Shown here one piece after another: positions 16,120-26,405 of a stretch of DNA of 32,000 nt (position 1 is its first letter; each line of letters begins with the position of its first letter). Source of the stretch: Erysipelotrichaceae bacterium (GTDB taxonomy: Bacteria; Bacillota_I; Bacilli_A; Erysipelotrichales; Erysipelotrichaceae). The stretch covers positions 180,001 to 212,000 of the forward strand of contig OY781039.1 in the NCBI GenBank assembly GCA_963676105.1, read 5' to 3'. A program made the translations under genes and the position numbers. The notes beneath the pieces were generated by a model that was not told the DNA's origin, made no database searches, and worked only from the letters and a program-made list of their open reading frames with translations.

Positions 16120-17040
16120 TTAAGGTAAAGGTTTGCCTTGAGCTAAATAGAGTTCATACCATTCTTCTCTTGTGATTGAGAAAGCTGTAGCCTTACAACT
16201 ATCTTTTAAATGTTTAACTGAAGTTGTTCCTAAGATAACTTGCATATTTGCAGGATGTCTTAATAAAAAAGCTATCGCAATTGCTGCCTTATCAGCGTTA
16301 TACTTTTTAGCCAAACGCTCTAGAACAATGTTTAATTCTTTGTAATCTGGGTGGTTGATGAAGGTTCCTTCAGCCCAACTTGCTTGAATAGGGCTCCACG
16401 CTTGAATTTTAATATCATGTAAACGACAGTAATCGAGTACACTTCCATCACGATCTTGTATATTTTCATTGATAGTATTCATGAATATGCCTGTATCAAA
16501 GATACCTGAGTGTACAATAGATGCTTGGATTTGATTAAAAAGTAGTGGGAACTTCACATATTTTTGTAGTAATGCGATTTGCGCAGCTGAGTAGTTTGAT
16601 ACACCGAAGTGTTTGACTAATCCTTTATCAAATAGTTCATTAAACGCTTCAGCAATCTCTTTAGGATCTCCTAATGCGTCAGGGCGATGGATTAATAGAA
16701 CATCGATGTAAGTTGTTTTTAGTCTTTCTAAAGATAACTTTACACTCTCTAAGATGTGTTCTTTAGACGAATCATACATTTTTCCTGGGATAATGCCGCA
16801 TTTGGTTTGGATGATCATTTGTTCTCTGAGTTCTGGATTACGCTTTAAAACTTCACCAAAGAGCTCTTCTGATTTTCCTCTGCCATAAATATCAGCATGA
16901 TCAAAGAAATTAATGCCTTGTTCTAATGCTTCTTTTACTAAAACTTCAACTTCATCCACTGATTTAGATGCGATTCGCATACAACCTAGAATCAGTTCAG
17001 ATACTTCTAAATCTGTATTATTTAATTTATATTTTTTCAT
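16120..17040 (-). CDS. Aldo/keto reductase (YdhF-like, 306 aa)
   Basis: 'ELILGCMRI', 'FFDHADIYGRGKSEE', 'QTKCG', 'IDVLLIHRPD'. I prefer the ATG at 17040 (GAAAGGA RBS) over the track start at 17079. Confidence 0.88.
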   Translation of the reverse strand: MKKYKLNNTDLEVSELILGCMRIASKSVDEVEVLVKEALEQGINFFDHADIYGRGKSEELFGEVLKRNPELREQMIIQTKCGIIPGKMYDSSKEHILESVKLSLERLKTTYIDVLLIHRPDALGDPKEIAEAFNELFDKGLVKHFGVSNYSAAQIALLQKYVKFPLLFNQIQASIVHSGIFDTGIFMNTINENIQDRDGSVLDYCRLHDIKIQAWSPIQASWAEGTFINHPDYKELNIVLERLAKKYNADKAAIAIAFLLRHPANMQVILGTTSVKHLKDSCKATAFSITREEWYELYLAQGKPLP

Positions 17041-17179
17041 TTTTGTCCTTTCAATGACTTGTGTAAATTTATTGTACACTTCTTTTTACTTATAGAGTCA
17101 ATTTCACATTAAATTGGAAAAATGTGTCAAAATATATTAAAAGAATATCTTAGATATAATTCAAAGAAAAGAGACTAAG

Positions 17180-17989
17180 ATGATAAAAGATAATAAGTGC
17201 TTATCAAATGGTGTAAGTATTCCTACTCTCGGTTTTGGGACTTGGTTGATTGATAATGATCATGTAACTCAAGCAGTAAATGATGCTTTAGATTGTGGAT
17301 ATCGACATATTGATACAGCTCAAAACTATAAAAATGAAGAGGGTGTTGGTGAAGCAATTAAATTAAGTGGAGTAAACCGTGAAACATTATTCGTTACCAC
17401 AAAAGTACGTGCACGTCATAAAAATTATGATGTCGCTTTAGCTTCTATCTATGAATCTTTAGAAAAACTAAAGTTGGACTATGTAGATTTGTTACTTATA
17501 CATGATGTTAAACCTTGGGATGTACGTTTTGAAGACTATCGTTTTGAAAAAGAAAATCTTGAAGTCTGGAAAGCACTTGAAAAAGTCTATCATGATGGGC
17601 ATGTTAAATCGATTGGTGTTTCAAATTTTGACATAAGTGATCTTAAAAACTTGATAGATCACTCAAAGATTAAAGTAATGGTTAATCAAATCAAAGTACA
17701 TATTGGACATACTCCACTACGTCTCATTGAGTTTTGTCAAAGTAACGATATTATTGTGGAAGCTTATTCACCGATTGGACACGGAGACTTACTTAACAAT
17801 CAAAAACTAAAAGATATGGCAAATAAATATGAAGTAAGTGTTGCCCAGTTATGTATTCGATATACCATTCAATTAGGTTGTGTAACACTCCCAAAATCAA
17901 GTCATAAAAGCCATATTGAATCAAACGCGAATATTGACTTTGAAATACGTGAAGAAGATATGGAAGTCCTTAAAAAATTCAAACTATAG
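17180..17989 (+). CDS. Aldo/keto reductase (2,5-diketo-D-gluconate/glyoxal reductase-like, 269 aa)
   Basis: 'IPTLGFGTW', 'GYRHIDTAQNYKNEEGVG', 'FVTTKV', 'VDLLLIHD', 'IGVSNF'. Confidence 0.9.
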   Translation: MIKDNKCLSNGVSIPTLGFGTWLIDNDHVTQAVNDALDCGYRHIDTAQNYKNEEGVGEAIKLSGVNRETLFVTTKVRARHKNYDVALASIYESLEKLKLDYVDLLLIHDVKPWDVRFEDYRFEKENLEVWKALEKVYHDGHVKSIGVSNFDISDLKNLIDHSKIKVMVNQIKVHIGHTPLRLIEFCQSNDIIVEAYSPIGHGDLLNNQKLKDMANKYEVSVAQLCIRYTIQLGCVTLPKSSHKSHIESNANIDFEIREEDMEVLKKFKL

Positions 17990-18002
17990 AAGGAGAAAAG
18001 AT

Positions 18003-18719
18003 ATGGATAAAGTAATCGTTATTACAGGCACATCTTCTGGAATTGGAAGAGCGTGTGCACAAAGATATATTGAACAAGGATACAATGTGTTTGGGATTGA
18101 TAAAAATCCTTCAGATTTAGATGGTTTAAATGAATTTATTGCGGATATTAAAAATGCAGAAGAGAGACAATATTTTGTAGACTATATTTTAAGTAAAGTG
18201 GATCATGTAGATATTCTTGTTCATAATGCAATGGAGTATCATTCAGGGATTCTTGACGATTGTGATTTAGATGGATTTAGAGATGCCTTAGAAGTCGGTG
18301 TGGTTACACCATATCATTTGATTTCATTACTCAAAAATCATATGTCAGATAGATCATCAATGATCAATATTGTTTCAACCCGTGCCTTTCAAACTCAAAA
18401 AAATAATGAAGCTTATGCTTGTGCTAAAGGAGCGCTTAATTCATTAACAATTGCTTTATCTAATAGTTTAGGTCCTAAGGTTCGAGTTAACGCAATAGCG
18501 CCAGGATGGATCAATACCCATGAAACTGAACTAAGTGCTCAAGATATCACTCAACATCCAACTCATTTAGTCGGTGTTGCGGATGATATTGTGGATGCGA
18601 TTGAATATTTAAGTAGTGTCAAAGCAAAGTTTATTACTGGCCAAACTTTAGTGGTCGATGGTGGTATGAGTAAACAAATGATTTATCATAATGATGAAGG
18701 ATGGATATACAAAGGGTAA
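18003..18719 (+). CDS. Short-chain dehydrogenase/reductase (SDR)
   Basis: 'VITGTSSGIGRA' cofactor motif, 'YACAKGAL' YxxxK motif, 'VNAIAPGWI'. I prefer the ATG at 18003 (AAGGAGAA RBS) over the track start at 17916. Confidence 0.9.
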   Translation: MDKVIVITGTSSGIGRACAQRYIEQGYNVFGIDKNPSDLDGLNEFIADIKNAEERQYFVDYILSKVDHVDILVHNAMEYHSGILDDCDLDGFRDALEVGVVTPYHLISLLKNHMSDRSSMINIVSTRAFQTQKNNEAYACAKGALNSLTIALSNSLGPKVRVNAIAPGWINTHETELSAQDITQHPTHLVGVADDIVDAIEYLSSVKAKFITGQTLVVDGGMSKQMIYHNDEGWIYKG

Positions 18720-18731
18720 TCCATCCTTTTT
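18697..18731 (+). terminator. Intrinsic terminator after the SDR gene (stem includes the stop codon)
   Basis: AAGGATGGA...TCCATCCTT followed by a T-run. Confidence 0.7.
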
Positions 18732-18749
18732 AATATTGAAATACCAATT

Positions 18750-18785
18750 ATATAAGCATATACTAATAATATAAGCAAATACTAA
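18750..18785 (+). repeat. Tandem 17-bp direct repeat abutting the psuK start codon (candidate operator)
   Basis: ATATAAGCAtATACTAA (18750-18766) and ATATAAGCAaATACTAA (18769-18785), 16 of 17 identical, 19-bp period. Confidence 0.7.
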
Positions 18786-18786
18786 A

Positions 18787-19878
18787 ATGACAGAAAAAGA
18801 AAAGGAACTTCTTGAGATAATAGAGAAGAATCCACAAATATCACAAAATGAATTAGCTACACGATTGAAGATTACTCGATCGTCCGTTTCTGTGCATATT
18901 AATAATTTATCTAAAAAAGGTTACATTGCAGGTAGAGGGTATGTATTAAATCCTCGTGATTATGTCATGGTTATTGGGGCTGCCAATACAGATATACTTG
19001 GCTTTTCTAGTCAAGCAATTATTCCAAAAGATTCAAATCCGGGCCATATTAAAATTTGTTTAGGTGGAGTTAGTCGTAATGTATCTGAAAATTTAGCACG
19101 ACTTCAAACAGATGTTAAATTTTTGACTACCATTGGTGATGATGTATATGGACGACATTTACTAGATCAGTGTCAATCGTATGGGATTGATATGAGTCAC
19201 TCTTATTTGATGAAGGGCGAACCATCATCTATTTATATGGCTATTATGAATGAATCTGGTTCAATGGAATTAGCTTTATCTGATATGAGTACTTTAGATA
19301 AATTGCCTAATGATATCATTGAACAAAAGTCAGCTTTAATAAAGAGGGCTCAATTAATAATGTTGGATACAGGTTTATCTAAAAGTAGTTTAGAATATAT
19401 TACAGCTAATTTTACAGATCAAGATTTATATCTGGATCCTGTATCTATCGGTAAAGCAGAGCACGTTAAACATTTGATTTCATCTTTTCACACTATAAAG
19501 ATGAATCGATTGGAATGTGAGTATTTATCGGATATGCCAATCAATAGTATGCAAGATTTGGTGAAGGCGTCTGATTACTTTATGAATTTAGGGATAAAAT
19601 CAGTGTTTATTACCTTAGGTAAAGATGGTGTCTTTGCGAGAGATAGAAGTCAGTTCTATCACCATCAAGCAAGAAGCTTAGATATTGTCAACGAAACTGG
19701 GGCTGGAGATGCCTTTATGGCTGGTATTATATATAGCAGGTTACATGGATATAATTTAAAAGAAACATGTGAGTTTGCGACTGCAATGTCGGAAATAGCG
19801 CTAATGAGTGAAGAAACTGTTAGTCCACTTATTAGTTTAGAAAACATAGAAAAAATACTGAAAGAAATAAAAACATAA
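18787..19878 (+). CDS. psuK: Pseudouridine kinase (PfkB family) with an N-terminal winged-HTH domain
   Basis: N-terminus 'ELLEIIEKNPQISQNELATRLKITRSSVSVHINNLSKKGYI' (HTH), then a PfkB kinase ('VIGAANTDI', 'GGVSRNV', 'ETGAGDAFMAG'). It sits directly upstream of psuG. Confidence 0.8.
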   Translation: MTEKEKELLEIIEKNPQISQNELATRLKITRSSVSVHINNLSKKGYIAGRGYVLNPRDYVMVIGAANTDILGFSSQAIIPKDSNPGHIKICLGGVSRNVSENLARLQTDVKFLTTIGDDVYGRHLLDQCQSYGIDMSHSYLMKGEPSSIYMAIMNESGSMELALSDMSTLDKLPNDIIEQKSALIKRAQLIMLDTGLSKSSLEYITANFTDQDLYLDPVSIGKAEHVKHLISSFHTIKMNRLECEYLSDMPINSMQDLVKASDYFMNLGIKSVFITLGKDGVFARDRSQFYHHQARSLDIVNETGAGDAFMAGIIYSRLHGYNLKETCEFATAMSEIALMSEETVSPLISLENIEKILKEIKT

Positions 19879-19888
19879 GGGAGAATAT

Positions 19889-20809
19889 ATGACAAAATTT
19901 AATGAATTTATGGATGTATCAAATGAAGTCAAAGAAGCACTTGAAAATGGAAAGGCTGTTGTCGCATTAGAGTCAACGATAATATCTCATGGTTTTCCTT
20001 ATCCAGAAAACAAAGAATGTGCTTTAGAATCAGAAGCTAATATTAGAAAAATGGGCGCAATACCTGCGACGATTGCGATGATTGGTGGGCGTATTAAAGT
20101 GGGGTTAACAGAAGATCAAATAGAATACTTAGCCGTTAATAGAGATATTCCAAAAGCGTCAAGACGAGATGTCCCAGTGTTAATCGCTTTAGAAAAAGAT
20201 GGTGCAACAACCGTTGCGACAACAATGATGTTTGCGGAAATGGCAGGTATAAAAGTCTTTGCGACAGGTGGTATTGGTGGAGTTCACCGAAATGCTCAAG
20301 AAACTATGGATATTTCTGCAGATTTAGAAGAATTAGCGAATACATCAGTTGCGGTTGTTTGTGCTGGTGCAAAATCAATCTTAGATATTGGTTTAACAAA
20401 AGAATATTTAGAAACGAATGGTGTACCTGTTCTTGGATATCAAACTGAAGATCTTGGTGGCTTCTATACTCGCCAATCTGGTTTTAAAGTTGATCAACAA
20501 GTAGATTCAGCGATTGATATCGCAAAAATCATTGATACTAAGGCAAAACTAAAATTAAGAGGGGGCATGGTTATATCTAATCCTATCCCACAAGAATATG
20601 AAATGGATTATACCTTTATTAGCTCAATTACAGAACAAGCATTAAAAGAATCTGTTGAACAAGGTGTTAAAGGTAAAGCGACAACACCATTCTTGCTCGC
20701 TCGTATTCATGAACTGACAGAAGGAAAATCTGTTGATGCGAATAAACAACTTGTATTTAATAATGCCCGTGTGGCGGCACAAATTGCAGTAGAGCTTTCA
20801 ACATTATAA
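19889..20809 (+). CDS. psuG: Pseudouridine-5'-phosphate glycosidase (IndA/PsuG family)
   Basis: 'VVALESTIISHGFPYPEN', 'ATTVATTMMFAEMAGIKVFATGGIGGVHR', 'DISADLEEL'. Confidence 0.92.
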   Translation: MTKFNEFMDVSNEVKEALENGKAVVALESTIISHGFPYPENKECALESEANIRKMGAIPATIAMIGGRIKVGLTEDQIEYLAVNRDIPKASRRDVPVLIALEKDGATTVATTMMFAEMAGIKVFATGGIGGVHRNAQETMDISADLEELANTSVAVVCAGAKSILDIGLTKEYLETNGVPVLGYQTEDLGGFYTRQSGFKVDQQVDSAIDIAKIIDTKAKLKLRGGMVISNPIPQEYEMDYTFISSITEQALKESVEQGVKGKATTPFLLARIHELTEGKSVDANKQLVFNNARVAAQIAVELSTL

Positions 20810-20836
20810 AACAGATCTAATGATCTGTTTTTTTTA
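20808..20836. terminator. Bidirectional terminator between psuG (+) and the PRD regulator (-)
   Basis: aaAACAGATC-taat-GATCTGTTtttttt. Confidence 0.85.
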
Positions 20837-22744
20837 AAGATAATGCACTAATGTTTCAATAAATTGATTATAATTTTGTGAATGAAGGACACTATTCATC
20901 GCGGCTGGTTCAGTTAGTATCATCGTAAGATTTTCATAAACTTCATTGAAAAGTGATCGATCAAATTTATTTATGGTTAACATCATAATTAAATTGACTT
21001 TATTTTGACCCCAAGGTGTAGGCTTGTCGTTGATAATAACGAAAAGCCCTGTTTTTTTAGCGTTCATTTTCATTGAATGAGGAATAGCTAAATTATTGAA
21101 TGATGTTGATGACATAGATTCTCTTTCGAGTATTTCATTTTTAAAATTATCGTCAACGTAATTTGATTGTATTAGTTTATCAACCATAAAATCAATTGCT
21201 TCATACTCTGATTTAAATTCTATATTTCGCATAAACAAATCTGGGTTAAACATTTTTTGAAGATGTTGTAGAAACTTAATTTTTTTCTTTTCTTTTTTAA
21301 TTAAATTAATTTTTTGAAATATCGATTCAATATCTTTTTGATTTAAAAACAAAGAAATATTTTGTACGAATGTACTAATATTAGATTGATTTAAAGGTAT
21401 TGTTGTCAGTATTAGATCAATCTTATTTAATTCTTTTAATTCATTTTCATCAGTCATTATTGTCACTAAATTTAACTGCTCATTAAAATGACGAGTAATA
21501 CTATCTTTTAATTTTGTGCTTGTATCGTAATATGTAGGACAGAAAAGCACACATCTAAGTTTTTCCTCACTACTTTTTTGTGTTTCAATCGCCCCTCCCA
21601 AATGAAAAGCGATGTAGGCAATCTCGTCTTCATTGATACTTGCCCCAGTTAATTCATTTAGTTTGCTTGCCATTACAACAGATGTGTCGTATAAAAGGGG
21701 ACAACTTTTTCGAATGGTTTCAGTCATTGGGTTTTTAGAATACTGATTATTTTGACTGCGAATGAGTAAGTTTTTAATATGTAATGAGAAACGTGTCAAA
21801 AAATCACGATCATTAAAATCAATCATATAGTATGCACCAAGATCCTTAACCAAATCCTTAACGAGTTTAACTGTCTCTTTACCAATAATTTCTTCGAGAT
21901 TATCGGAAGAAATATTTTTATAATCTAAAACAGTTGTTGAAGAATAGATGAGGATTGTTAAATTATCAACTTCACCAGCAGAAAATTTAATGTGATATTT
22001 ATTTTCAATTTGTTTTACAAGTTTTTGAGCTACTTCACTTATTTCTTTCAGTTGATCGTCAATTTTAGTGGAAGCATTCAAATTTTCGGCATGATTTTGA
22101 ATACGATGTATAGCGATAGCTATATGCATGATAAGTGTAATCATAGCGAAATCATTTACATAAATTTTAGCTTCATTAAATATCTCATTGATGCACTGCT
22201 TTACAAATTGAACATCAACGTTTGGAAATGCGTTTTGTATTGACTCTAGAACAATTATGGATTCGTTTGATTCTTCATATAGTAATGAGCTTAAAATTTT
22301 ACGTTTGTTTTTTTCAAGTCCTGTAATTGATAAGAAATCTTGGCTATTAATCAAACTTAAATCAAATTTTGATAGTTTTGTTTTAAGTTTGCTAAAGTCT
22401 GATTTAATGGTTGAAGAACTAACATATAATTCATCACTAATATCAAATATATTTATGGGATCTTTACTTCTTATAATTCTTGAGATTAAAAAATTAATTC
22501 TTTCAGTCGATCCTTGATATACTTTGTCATCAAATTCATTAAGCAATTTTTGCGCTTTTTGATAATCAATTTGATAACCGTTGTTAGAAGAAATAATACA
22601 ATCATGACTAAAAGTATTAATTTCATTAATATAATTTTTAACCGTACGAACTGATATAGATAGATTATTAGATATCTGAGTAGCGGTCATCCATGTTTTT
22701 GATTCAACTAAAAGTTTGATTAGTTTTAAAAGTTTCGGATTCAT
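20834..22744 (-). CDS. PRD-containing PTS-controlled transcriptional activator (LicR/MtlR architecture: HTH-PRD-PRD-EIIB-EIIA)
   Basis: 636 aa. N-terminal HTH ('WMTATQISNNLSISVRTVKNYI'), His-containing PRD-like helices ('MHIAIAIHRIQN', 'FSLHIKNLLIR', 'IAFHLGGAI'), EIIB-like Cys ('VLFCPTYYD'), C-terminal EIIA-2 ('NLAIPHSM'). No AAA+ domain, so it is not LevR-type. Confidence 0.85.
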   Translation of the reverse strand: MNPKLLKLIKLLVESKTWMTATQISNNLSISVRTVKNYINEINTFSHDCIISSNNGYQIDYQKAQKLLNEFDDKVYQGSTERINFLISRIIRSKDPINIFDISDELYVSSSTIKSDFSKLKTKLSKFDLSLINSQDFLSITGLEKNKRKILSSLLYEESNESIIVLESIQNAFPNVDVQFVKQCINEIFNEAKIYVNDFAMITLIMHIAIAIHRIQNHAENLNASTKIDDQLKEISEVAQKLVKQIENKYHIKFSAGEVDNLTILIYSSTTVLDYKNISSDNLEEIIGKETVKLVKDLVKDLGAYYMIDFNDRDFLTRFSLHIKNLLIRSQNNQYSKNPMTETIRKSCPLLYDTSVVMASKLNELTGASINEDEIAYIAFHLGGAIETQKSSEEKLRCVLFCPTYYDTSTKLKDSITRHFNEQLNLVTIMTDENELKELNKIDLILTTIPLNQSNISTFVQNISLFLNQKDIESIFQKINLIKKEKKKIKFLQHLQKMFNPDLFMRNIEFKSEYEAIDFMVDKLIQSNYVDDNFKNEILERESMSSTSFNNLAIPHSMKMNAKKTGLFVIINDKPTPWGQNKVNLIMMLTINKFDRSLFNEVYENLTMILTEPAAMNSVLHSQNYNQFIETLVHYL

Positions 22745-22782
22745 AGTCGTAAATAATTATACCAAAACACATCATTCATCAA

Positions 22783-22827
22783 ATTAGTAATTTGCACACT
22801 TAGGTAGGCAAATATTAGTTTGCACAC
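22783..22827 (+). promoter_or_regulatory. Direct repeats ATTAGT(aa)TTTGCACAC upstream of the PTS operon (candidate activator binding sites)
   Basis: ATTAGTAATTTGCACAC (22783-22799) and ATTAGTTTGCACAC (22814-27). A third TTGCACA core lies at 22867-22873. Confidence 0.5.
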
Positions 22828-22917
22828 CCAATCGGCAAAATTGTGTTTGTTTTAAATGTTTGTATCTTGCACAATGGAGTCATTCAAGAGGTGCGCAACT
22901 CTGAAAGGATGTGTTTT

Positions 22918-23226
22918 ATGGATACAATTCGAATTTTATTAGTATGTGGATCTGGTGCTAGTAGTGGATTCATGGCTGCTAATATGAGAAAAGCTGCAAA
23001 AGCAAGAGGAATAGACGTAACAGTCACTGCTCGTAGTGAATCTGAAATTGAAAATTACATCGAAGATATTGATGTGATTATGGTGGGACCGCATTTAGCT
23101 TACATTATCGATGAAGCAGAAGAAATTGTGGATGGTCGTGATGTAAAAATTATTTTAATGAAGGGGGAATACTATGCTACCTTCGATGGTGATCAAGCAA
23201 TTGATCATATGATGAGTAGTCTTTAA
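22918..23226 (+). CDS. PTS lactose/cellobiose-family EIIB
   Basis: 'IRILLVCGSGASSGFMA' with the phospho-Cys. I prefer the ATG at 22918 over the track start at 22843. Confidence 0.9.
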   Translation: MDTIRILLVCGSGASSGFMAANMRKAAKARGIDVTVTARSESEIENYIEDIDVIMVGPHLAYIIDEAEEIVDGRDVKIILMKGEYYATFDGDQAIDHMMSSL

Positions 23227-23241
23227 AAGGAGAAATTAACT

Positions 23242-24459
23242 ATGAATAAATTTATGGATTGGTTGAACAAAAGCTTTGCTCCAATGATGACTAAAATTAA
23301 TAGAATCGTTTGGATTGTTACAATCAAAGAATCTGTTATGCAAATACTACCTTTGATTTTCTTAGGTTCACTATTTGTTATGTTGGCAATTCTAGGTGAC
23401 TTTATACCTAATTGGCCAAATTTCTGGGATCCGTTCGGTTGGACGATGGGTATGATTTCAGTTATCATTTCGTTCTTAATCCCATTTAATCTAATGGAGA
23501 AAAAGAAACTACGTAGAAGTCGTATTAATGCTGGGATGTCTTCATTAATTGCCTTCTTAATGGTTTTAGATCCAATTGAAACTGAAGTTGGTTTAGCTTT
23601 TAATACAAGTGGATTCGGCGCTGGTGGTATGTTTGTTGCCATTATCGTTGGTGTATTTGTTGGATTTGTATTTAGCTCATTTGGGAAATTCTCATTCTTT
23701 AAAGAAGAATCTGCCATTCCTGATTTTGTAAGAGCTTGGTTTGATGCGATGTTACCAATTGGTATCGTTGTTGTGACGATGTGGGTATTAGTGTTTATCT
23801 TAGGTATTGATTTATTTAATATTATTTCAGCAATCTTTGCACCAGTCGCAAATATTATTGAAACACCATTTGGATTTATGTTAATGATGTTTATCTATAC
23901 ATTTATCTATTCAATGGGTATCTCATCATGGGTATTAACACCTGTGTTTACACCAGCTTTGTTAGCTGCAATTACTGCTAACTTAGATGGTAGTGCACTT
24001 AACTTAGTTACCGATACAACGATCTATTCTGCCTATCTATGGTGGGGTGGTATTGGATGTACATTCCCACTCGTTCTTATGTTAATTAAATCCAAGAGTA
24101 AACGTCTTAAAGCATTAGGTGCTGCATCATTACCAGCTGCAATCTTTAATATTAATGAACCAGTTATCTTTGGTGCAATTGTTTGGAATCCTATTATGAT
24201 GGTTCCAATGTGGTTAATTGGTATTATTCTTCCATTATCAACATGGTTGTTTACAAAGATTATTCCACTCGCACCAATCCCTACAATGTTGTTTGAAATG
24301 TGGTATGTACCAATGCCTATCGCGACATGGATTACCACGGGTGCAGCAATTGGTGGTATGCTTTTATGGGGAATAAATGTTGCGTTAGCGTCAGCAATTT
24401 GGTTCCCATTCTTTAAAACTTACGAAAAACAACTTCTTGAAGAAGAAGCTGCTGCATAA
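23242..24459 (+). CDS. PTS lactose/cellobiose-family EIIC permease
   Basis: 405-aa polytopic membrane protein with a typical EIIC N-terminus ('MDWLNKSFAPMMTKINRIVWIVTIKES'). RBS AAGGAG. Confidence 0.88.
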   Translation: MNKFMDWLNKSFAPMMTKINRIVWIVTIKESVMQILPLIFLGSLFVMLAILGDFIPNWPNFWDPFGWTMGMISVIISFLIPFNLMEKKKLRRSRINAGMSSLIAFLMVLDPIETEVGLAFNTSGFGAGGMFVAIIVGVFVGFVFSSFGKFSFFKEESAIPDFVRAWFDAMLPIGIVVVTMWVLVFILGIDLFNIISAIFAPVANIIETPFGFMLMMFIYTFIYSMGISSWVLTPVFTPALLAAITANLDGSALNLVTDTTIYSAYLWWGGIGCTFPLVLMLIKSKSKRLKALGAASLPAAIFNINEPVIFGAIVWNPIMMVPMWLIGIILPLSTWLFTKIIPLAPIPTMLFEMWYVPMPIATWITTGAAIGGMLLWGINVALASAIWFPFFKTYEKQLLEEEAAA

Positions 24460-24489
24460 ACATAGAACATATATCTTAGGAGGTCCGTG

Positions 24490-24828
24490 ATGTCTGATGA
24501 AATGATTAGTCAGTCTATGAATATCATTCTTCATGCCGGTGATGCTCGTTTACAAGTTAAACTCGCATTAGATGCAATCGCAAAGCATGATTTTGAAAAA
24601 GCCAAAGAATGTATGAAAAAAGCGCATGAGGAAATTAGAATTGCCCATCAAACTCAAACGGACGCAATTCAAGGTGAGGCTCAGGGGAATAAAACTGAAT
24701 ATTCAGTTCTCTTCACTCACGCGCAAGATACATTGATGACAATTTATAGTGAAATCAATATTGCTAAACAAATGATCGCAATATTTGATTCATATGAAAA
24801 ACGTATAAAAGCGTTAGAAGAAAAATGA
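24490..24828 (+). CDS. PTS lactose/cellobiose-family EIIA
   Basis: 112-aa helical protein. 'IILHAGDAR', 'AHQTQTD' (phospho-His region). I prefer the ATG at 24490 (AGGAGG 6 nt upstream) over the GTG at 24487. Confidence 0.9.
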   Translation: MSDEMISQSMNIILHAGDARLQVKLALDAIAKHDFEKAKECMKKAHEEIRIAHQTQTDAIQGEAQGNKTEYSVLFTHAQDTLMTIYSEINIAKQMIAIFDSYEKRIKALEEK

Positions 24829-24847
24829 GGGCTTTATAGCCCTCTTT
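24827..24847 (+). terminator. GC-rich intra-operon hairpin between EIIA and GH1 (partial terminator or RNA-stability element)
   Basis: GAGGGCT-ttat-AGCCCTC followed by ttc. It overlaps the EIIA stop codon. The GH1 RBS AAGGAGG follows 9 nt later. Confidence 0.5.
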
Positions 24848-24851
24848 CTAA

Positions 24852-26292
<1,441 letters not shown>

Positions 26293-26294
<2 letters not shown>

Positions 26295-26322
26295 AAACAG
26301 GCAAATTATTGCCTGTTTTTTT
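26293..26322 (+). terminator. Intrinsic terminator of the PTS/GH1 operon
   Basis: ACAGGCAA-atta-TTGCCTGT followed by a T7 run. Confidence 0.9.
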
Positions 26323-26376
26323 AAAGCTTATTATATTTCTTTTAATACTTAAAAAAATCTTTAAATTGATGAAAAT

Positions 26377-26405
26377 TTGAGCTTAGTTTGTTAATTTGTT
26401 ATCAT
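26377..26405 (+). promoter_or_regulatory. Candidate sigma-A promoter for the kamA operon
   Basis: TTGAGC, 17-nt spacer, TATCAT. This would give a leader of roughly 150 nt. Confidence 0.4.

Noticed and set aside
17080-17179. A second MerR-type promoter between the divergent AKR genes (minus strand TTGACT-19 nt-TACAAT) and a short inverted repeat TTCACATT...AATGTG.
   Set aside because: The 19-bp spacer contains no dyad symmetry. The CACATT/AATGTG repeat is only 6 bp, which is expected by chance in AT-rich DNA.
22801-22830. Possible sigma-54 (-24/-12) promoter, 'tAGGCAaatattagtTTGCA', upstream of the PTS operon.
   Set aside because: The GG-to-GC spacing is about 3 nt longer than the TGGCAC-N5-TTGCA consensus. 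The divergent regulator also lacks the AAA+ sigma-54 activation domain, so it has LicR/MtlR rather than LevR architecture.
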